In this document: positions 59,101-64,000 of the stretch, in pieces
Layout of the letters: every line of letters begins with the position of its first letter
Position numbering within the stretch: the stretch's first letter is position 1
Assembly (NCBI RefSeq): GCF_020439865.1
Contig: NZ_JAGRPF010000073.1
Coordinates: 10,927 to 74,926 of the forward strand
Source: Prosthecobacter sp.
Lineage (GTDB): Bacteria; Verrucomicrobiota; Verrucomicrobiia; Verrucomicrobiales; Verrucomicrobiaceae
Direction: 5' to 3'
DNA length: 64,000 bases
The notes under the pieces: model-generated
The model's input: only the letters and a program-made list of their open reading frames with translations
Database searches by the model: none
Told to the model about the DNA's origin: nothing
Made by a program: the position numbers and the translations under genes

Positions 59101-60313
59101 CTGGATCGCCCTTACTAAGAACGGCATTCTTTCCATCCATGACGAAGACGGTCGCGAACTCGAGAGCCACAAGCTCGTCGCAGGCGCCGTCATCGCCGTC
59201 GAGGAAGGTGGCAAGGTCAAGAAGGGCCAGCAGGTTGTCACTTGGGATCCTTACAACGTGCCGATCATCACCGAGAAGGCCGGTAAGCTGGAGTTCCGCG
59301 ACATGATCTCCGGCATCACCATCACCAAGGAAGTCAACCAGAGCACCGGCAACGAAGAAACCGTCGTTATCGAGCACAAGGAAGACCTTCATCCTCAGGT
59401 CGTCGTCGTGAATCCGAAGACGCATGAAGTGCTTGCCAGCTACACCATTCCTGCGGGTGCTCACTTGAGCGTCAAGAACAACGAGAAGGTCGAAGCCGGC
59501 ACCACGATCGCCAAGACGCCTCGTAAGGCCTCCAAGACAAAGGACATCACCGGTGGTCTTCCTCGTGTGGCCGAGCTCTTCGAAGCCCGCAAGCCGAAGG
59601 ACGCCTGCGAAATCGCCCGCATCGACGGTACCGTCGAGATTGGCGGTCTCGTTCGTGGCAAGCGTCGTGTCATTGTCACCGACACCAAGACAGGCCAGCA
59701 GGAAGAACATCTCATCCCCCGCAGCAAGCACATCCTTCTCTTCAACGGAGACCATGTCAGCAAGGGCGACCAGATCACCGACGGCCCTGTTGTCCCGCAC
59801 GATCTCCTCGAGATTCTTGGCCCGCAGGCGCTCCGTGAGCACCTCGTCAACGAAGTGCAGGAAGTGTACCGTGCTCAGGGTGTGGAAATCAACGACAAGC
59901 ACGTTGAGATCATCATCCGTCAGATGCTGCGCAAGGTGAAGGTCACCGACACCGGCGATACCGAGTTCCTCTGGGGCGATCAGATCGACCGCACCACGTT
60001 CGAGAAGGAGAACGAGCGTGTTACCGAAGAAGGCGGCAAGCCTGCGGAAGCAGAGCCTGTCCTCCTCGGCATCACCAAGGCCTCCATCGAGACCGAGAGC
60101 TTCATCTCAGCCGCGTCCTTCCAGGATACGACTCGTGTGCTCACCGAGGCTGCGACGCTTGCGAAGTCCGACTTCCTGCGCGGCTTCAAGGAAAACGTCA
60201 TCATGGGGCATCTCATCCCCGCCGGCACCGGCTTCATCAGCAACCGAAACTTCGAACTTCACGAGACCGAGCGCCCTGCGCTGCCGGCTTCTCCGGAAGA
60301 AGAAGTCGCCTAA
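56174..60313 (+). CDS. rpoC: RNA polymerase beta' subunit
   Basis: Zn-finger CACGK...[40 protein letters not shown]. Confidence 0.99.
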   Translation: MNADASLKEIFGEPQHGEEFDYVSICIASADRTRSWSSGEVKNPETINYRTFKPEKGGLFCERIFGPTRDWECACGKYKRIKHKGVVCDRCGVEVTLSRVRRERMGHIELAVPVTHIWFYKCMPSRIGLMLDMTARSLERVIYYEDYMVIDPGSTPLQRGQLLTEVDLREAEEQYGADAFRVGMGAQAIRDIFSQINLADQIKELEEAMTKTRSKQIRKKLAKRLKLCQGFAESHSRPEWMILEVLPVIPPDLRPLVPLEGGRFATSDLNDLYRRVINRNNRLKNLLQLRTPDVIIRNEKRMLQEAVDALFDNGRHGRPVTGAGNRPLKSMSDMLKGKSGRFRQNLLGKRVDYSGRSVIVIGPDLLLHQCGLPKKMALVLFEPFIIRRLKEMGLVHTVRSAKKMIERRTPEVWDILDEVTKGHPVLLNRAPTLHRLSIQAFEPKLIEGEAIRVHPLVCTAYNADFDGDQMAVHVPLSIEAQMEARLLMLAPNNLFSPASGKPVMNPSQDIPLGCYFLTYLREFPSHDAKAKKGEVEGRVPVFNDASEVEFAISEGGLSVNDKIRFRNPDYGLPKRPYGDPTKAVIETTAGRVLFNETWPEGLGFINTTVGKKQVSDIIWRCFQTVGQKEAVAALDRLKQLGFREATRSGCSIGITDMVIPQAKAGGLDNAYKQIEEIEKQYRRGIITHGERYQKIIDIWTQVGEIVADELFRTLEYNDGKKHHNPLYVMVNSGARGNRTQIKQLAGMRGLMAKPSGEIIERPITSNFREGLTVLEYFISTHGARKGLADTALKTADSGYMTRKLVDVSQDVIVTEEDCGTVNGITLSSIYQGDEEIVDLKTRVYGRTSCETIHDPVDKSVVIKAGQLASEKEAAHLAKIGVEKLKIRSVLTCESKRGCCSKCYGLHLATHRMAKIGEAVGIVAAQSIGEPGTQLTMRTFHVGGAAMSSFKQPFINTKNAGIVKYTDMRAVQTIEGTWIALTKNGILSIHDEDGRELESHKLVAGAVIAVEEGGKVKKGQQVVTWDPYNVPIITEKAGKLEFRDMISGITITKEVNQSTGNEETVVIEHKEDLHPQVVVVNPKTHEVLASYTIPAGAHLSVKNNEKVEAGTTIAKTPRKASKTKDITGGLPRVAELFEARKPKDACEIARIDGTVEIGGLVRGKRRVIVTDTKTGQQEEHLIPRSKHILLFNGDHVSKGDQITDGPVVPHDLLEILGPQALREHLVNEVQEVYRAQGVEINDKHVEIIIRQMLRKVKVTDTGDTEFLWGDQIDRTTFEKENERVTEEGGKPAEAEPVLLGITKASIETESFISAASFQDTTRVLTEAATLAKSDFLRGFKENVIMGHLIPAGTGFISNRNFELHETERPALPASPEEEVA

Positions 60314-60338
60314 ACCAGCTGCAGCAGTCAAACCTCAC

Positions 60339-60380
60339 CCGCCTCCTTCGGTGCAAGCCGTCGGAGGCGGTTTTGCTTTC
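60339..60380 (+). terminator. Intrinsic terminator after rpoC
   Basis: CCGCCTCC...GGAGGCGG stem followed by TTTTGCTTTC. Confidence 0.75.
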
Positions 60381-60438
60381 AAGAACATGTCAAGAACATG
60401 CCTTGGCGTGAGACGCGTCCATGCGCGCCATAGAAGCG

Positions 60439-63372
60439 TCACTTGCCTTTCTGCTTGCCCCGCAGGCCGAACCAGGTGGCGGTATAGCAGACGGCAACCC
60501 AGAGAAGCAGGACACCTACTGAAGACGCAGCGGGGGCGAGGTTTCGATAGATGATGCCCATCGGGTAGTTCACGTCATCGCGGCCTTCCACGCTTTCGTC
60601 GTACTTTTTGACTCCGCGAATGATGGAATAGCGATTGGCGTGCTGGCCTGCCAGAGCCGGAAAAACGATCAGGTTTTGCCAGGACTTGTTATGGTCGGAG
60701 ACCTTGTCGTAATCCTCGCTGACCGGCCCTTCGACGGTTTCCCATTCGATCGTTTCTTGATCTCCTCCCGGTGTCAGGAAAACCGGGTATTTGGTGCGGT
60801 TGGCCATGCGCGGCACCGCCTGGCCATAGACATGCGCGACATCCATCAATCGCTGAGCGCAGAAACTGGGTATGAAGATGCTGGCGGAGCGCACGCTGGC
60901 AGTCATCTCCGGTCGTGTGACGACGAAGCCGCCGAAGAGAATCTGTGGAATAAGAACCAGCGGCACCCACAACACCGCCTGCGTGCTGTTGCGGACGAGC
61001 GCTGAGATGGTGAGGCCAATGGCAATGCCGACGACGGCTGCCGCGAAGAGAGCGGCGAAGCGCAGCACGATGGTGCCCGAGAGGATGCGCATGATCGACA
61101 TCGGTGCCGTGAGACCGCTGTCTCTGGATTCCGGAGTGACCGGTTCGGTGGCGTCCATGAGGTTGTCGGCAATTCCAAAAAAGGACGCGGTGGCTGTGAG
61201 AAAACTGACCTTCCATGAGTTGCGCTTGGCTTGTTCATTAGCCACAGCTGCTTCGACACCTCCGGCGCTGGGTTCCAATGTGGCAGGTTCCACGGGGTTC
61301 TCTCCTTCGGCGACAGCGTTGAAGACTTCGTCCGCACCACTGTCGGCGGTTGATGGAGGCACCGGGTACATCGCCGCAGCCATTTTCTCACGAAACACTT
61401 CGCGATCGAATTCTGGCGGATGGATGAAGTAGGCGGTGATGAGAGTGATAAGGAGCAGCAGCAGTGCCTGAACAGTCGTAAGAGCACCGAGAAAGAGCAG
61501 CTTGCTCTGCACATAGCAGTTCATGCCCAGGCCGCAGACTCGCTCGCGGCGAAAGACCGGAAGTTCACGCACAATCTGCTGCGCTCCGTTGCTGCAACCA
61601 AACCAAAGCGTGGCGACAACACAAAGGAATGAGCGCAGCACAGCATCCTTCGCCACCCAGCCGATCAGCAGGGCGATGATCATGGGTTGGGCCGCTATGA
61701 AGACGAGGTTTAATTTGTCGGAACGCAGGATCGCCCATTGGCGGGCAAGCTGCACGAGTAGGCTGCGGGCGTAGCCGCCTCCGCGCCTCTTCTTGGAGTC
61801 GTCGATCGGAAGTTCGGTGTTCTGGCTGCCAAAGTCCGGTCGGTTGAATGTACCGCGCTGTTTTTCAAACTGCTCACGCCACTCTTTGCCCGTTTTACCA
61901 CCTTCATGCGGCGGCACGGACAGCATTTGATAGACCTTGAGCAGGCTGTTTGTCTGGAAATTCGCCATTGCCATCTCTGCGGCAGGTCGAAGACGGTAGG
62001 CCGTAGAACTGCGGGTGCCGGTGAGTGATGACGCATCAGTGACGAGTGCTGCTTCGGGGCCGCGGCTCTCGGGGCGCTCAGTGTCAACATCGCAGACAAC
62101 GAAGCCGTCCTGCACGAACAGCAGCTTGTCGAAAAGCTGGGCGTTCTCGAGCACGTGGGTGGTGCAGACGATGGTGCAGGTTTTTGCCAGGCTGTTGAGC
62201 AGGCTCATCAGAGAGAACTCTGTGGCAGGATCCAAGCCGGAAGAGGGCTCGTCGAGAAAGAGAACCGAGGGCTTGGACAGCAGTTCGGTGGCGATGCTTA
62301 CGCGCTTGCGCTGCCCGCCGGAGAGCTGTGCGATGGTCTTAAAGCGGTGGTCGGTGAGATCAAGACGCGCGATGGTCTCGTCCACCAGGCTGCCGATGGC
62401 GCGTGCCGGAGTTTCCGGGGGCAGACGGAGGCGAGCACTGAAGTGCAACGCCTGCTCGACGGTGATCTCACGGTGCACGATGTCATCCTGTGGCACAAAA
62501 CCAATGCCAGCCGAGGCCATCTGCTTTGGATCGTCCAGAGGCATGTCATTGATGTACACCTTGCCTTCGGTGGCGGGATTGATTCCGCAGAGTGCGTTCA
62601 AAAGCGTGGACTTGCCCTGGCCGCTGCCCCCGACGATGCCGACAAACGTACAGCGCTCGATGTCCAGCGAGACATCGTTGAGGATGCGCCGGCCCGACTT
62701 GAGAGTGACGGAAATACCGCGCGCCTCTATACGTGCGCCAGACTGGCGCGGCACCCTTCGCAGCGAGTAGCCGGTGAACTCGAAACTGTAGCTGCCAATT
62801 TTCAACAGATCCCCGACCTGTAGTTTGCGCTCGCGGAAAAACTGGTCGTTCAGCGGTGTGCCGGCCTGGCTTTTGTCTATGGCCACCCAGTCTCCAGTGG
62901 CGTCCTTTTCCAGCAGCACATGTTCTCGGGAGATGCTCAGGTCGGCGGCATCGAGCGCAAGTTTTTCAGGGTCATTCTCCTCGCCGTCGGCTCTGCCGAT
63001 CATCAGCCGCTTGAGGCGCTGTAGATTGATCTCATTCAGGCCTTTCGTCGCTTGCTTTGGTGTGTCGGGGACGCGCTGGAAGCGGATGAAGACATCAGGC
63101 AGTTCGACAATGTCTCCGTGTTGAAGAGCCGCCTTGGATGTGACGGAGATGCCGTTGACGCGTATTGTTCGCGCAGCGACCGGGGAGAAGGGGGTCAGCA
63201 CCCATGTAGCAGTGCGCTGCTCCCATGTCAGTCGCGCGTGTTCTGGGAGGAGATGAGCTCCGCTAAGACTGAGATCACAATCTTGGGCTGAGCCAATTCT
63301 CAGCGCAGTCTCTTTGAGGACATAGTGTACAGCTGGAGCGCCGGAAACGCAGACGGAGATTTGACCGTTCAT
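60439..63372 (-). CDS. FHA-FHA-ABC ATPase-ABC2 permease fusion (Rv1747-like architecture)
   Basis: FHA motifs IGSA..CD...H and IGRA...ISREH...SQAGT.LN; Walker A GGSGQGKST, LSGGQRKR, FLDEPSSGLD; permease motifs WFGCSNGAQQIVRE and PQILFGG. Confidence 0.9.
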   Translation of the reverse strand: MNGQISVCVSGAPAVHYVLKETALRIGSAQDCDLSLSGAHLLPEHARLTWEQRTATWVLTPFSPVAARTIRVNGISVTSKAALQHGDIVELPDVFIRFQRVPDTPKQATKGLNEINLQRLKRLMIGRADGEENDPEKLALDAADLSISREHVLLEKDATGDWVAIDKSQAGTPLNDQFFRERKLQVGDLLKIGSYSFEFTGYSLRRVPRQSGARIEARGISVTLKSGRRILNDVSLDIERCTFVGIVGGSGQGKSTLLNALCGINPATEGKVYINDMPLDDPKQMASAGIGFVPQDDIVHREITVEQALHFSARLRLPPETPARAIGSLVDETIARLDLTDHRFKTIAQLSGGQRKRVSIATELLSKPSVLFLDEPSSGLDPATEFSLMSLLNSLAKTCTIVCTTHVLENAQLFDKLLFVQDGFVVCDVDTERPESRGPEAALVTDASSLTGTRSSTAYRLRPAAEMAMANFQTNSLLKVYQMLSVPPHEGGKTGKEWREQFEKQRGTFNRPDFGSQNTELPIDDSKKRRGGGYARSLLVQLARQWAILRSDKLNLVFIAAQPMIIALLIGWVAKDAVLRSFLCVVATLWFGCSNGAQQIVRELPVFRRERVCGLGMNCYVQSKLLFLGALTTVQALLLLLITLITAYFIHPPEFDREVFREKMAAAMYPVPPSTADSGADEVFNAVAEGENPVEPATLEPSAGGVEAAVANEQAKRNSWKVSFLTATASFFGIADNLMDATEPVTPESRDSGLTAPMSIMRILSGTIVLRFAALFAAAVVGIAIGLTISALVRNSTQAVLWVPLVLIPQILFGGFVVTRPEMTASVRSASIFIPSFCAQRLMDVAHVYGQAVPRMANRTKYPVFLTPGGDQETIEWETVEGPVSEDYDKVSDHNKSWQNLIVFPALAGQHANRYSIIRGVKKYDESVEGRDDVNYPMGIIYRNLAPAASSVGVLLLWVAVCYTATWFGLRGKQKGK

Positions 63373-63485
63373 AGGGCGGAGCAGATTAATTCAGAGTCGG
63401 AGGAGGTGCCTGTGCAGACAGTTTCTGTGGAGTCCAAGTCAATCCAGACTGTCACGTTTCGAAAAAATTGCTGGTCTTTTTTAGT

Positions 63486-63497
63486 CAATCATGATTG
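63486..63497. promoter_or_regulatory. Perfect 12-bp palindrome in the divergent promoter region
   Basis: CAATCATGATTG in the AT-rich 154-bp spacer between the FHA-ABC gene and the lipoprotein gene. Confidence 0.4.
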
Positions 63498-63526
63498 TAT
63501 CTACTGCGGACTGCCAAAAATATACC

Positions 63527-64000
63527 ATGAACTCCCTCTTCACCAAATTCACGGCTACGACACTTTGTCTGTGCATGTTTGCCAGCTGCACCAACATTCA
63601 GAATGACGGAACGCGAACCCGGACTGAAGGGGCTCTTGGCGGAGCCGCTCTCGGCGCCGGCCTCGGTGCATTGATCGGTGCGGCCAGCGGCAACGCGGGG
63701 CGTGGTGCGTTGATCGGTCTGGCTGCGGGCAGCATTGCCGGTCTGGCTTATGGCAATCATGTGGCCAACAAGAAGGCGCAGTACCGCTCTACTGAAGCGT
63801 GGCTGGACGCCTGCATCGCCCAAGCTCGCCGCACGAATCAGAACGCTCGTTCTTACAATAGCACCCTCAGTGCTCGGATTTCGAAGCTGAGTTCTGAAAT
63901 CGCCGCCGCCAAGGCTTCTGGAAATCGTGGTGCACTTCGGCAGAAGAAGGCTGAGATCATCAATCTGGAGAATGAGGCGTCCAAGCAGATGAAGACCATC
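63527..64000 (+). CDS. Glycine-zipper plus coiled-coil lipoprotein (TagQ-like), 3'-truncated by the window; absent from the ORF track
   Basis: Hand translation MNSLFTKFTATTLCLCMFAS|CTNIQNDGTRTRTEGALGGAALGAGLGALIG...GLAYGNHVANKKAQY...ARISKLSSEIAAAK..., open to the window end. Confidence 0.8.
   Translation, partial: MNSLFTKFTATTLCLCMFASCTNIQNDGTRTRTEGALGGAALGAGLGALIGAASGNAGRGALIGLAAGSIAGLAYGNHVANKKAQYRSTEAWLDACIAQARRTNQNARSYNSTLSARISKLSSEIAAAKASGNRGALRQKKAEIINLENEASKQMKTI

Noticed and set aside
60381-60400. AAGAACATG direct repeat after the rpoC terminator
   Set aside because: Two copies of 9 bp only, with no supporting context.
1-64000. CRISPR array, IS transposase, prophage, rRNA
   Set aside because: No regularly spaced repeats, transposase or integrase ORFs, phage gene clusters or rRNA-like sequence were seen; the phage-like signal is confined to one domain inside a host gene.

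Overview
This 64-kb window is bacterial DNA, most consistent with Verrucomicrobiota (Verrucomicrobiaceae/Prosthecobacter-like). The assignment rests on a Verru_Chthon cassette, a PEP-CTERM protein, a PVC-type heme protein and PVC-like RpoB; it is inference, with no database search run. From left to right it contains: (1) the 3' part of a giant passenger-repeat (PATR) protein ending in PEP-CTERM, followed by a four-gene prepilin-like Verru_Chthon cassette (A-B-C-D); (2) hemB, then what looks like a solitary integron gene cassette (SMI1/KNR4 immunity gene, an unusually long 227-bp attC, and an attI-like site) with no integrase nearby; (3) mixed envelope and metabolic genes (GH75-like protein, lolD, trmL, GtrA, glycine-zipper lipoproteins, menA-C-E, PVC heme protein, trypsin-SirB1 fusion, L,D-transpeptidase, M81 peptidase, purU, proB, an enolase-superfamily enzyme, smc, a BatA/vWA protein, aroB, miaA); (4) the core tRNA-Thr-tuf-tRNA-Trp-secE-nusG-rplKAJL-rpoBC cluster; (5) an FHA-FHA-ABC transporter divergent from a TagQ-like lipoprotein that runs off the right edge. 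The best leads are the PEP-CTERM/pseudopilin-quartet pairing (the giant protein also carries a phage tail-fibre-like module), the integrase-less immunity cassette, a structured rplJ-rplL spacer RNA, GGAG-tagged REP-like palindromes, and DnaA-like boxes upstream of smc. Many starts were moved from the ORF track to more plausible internal ATG/GTG codons.
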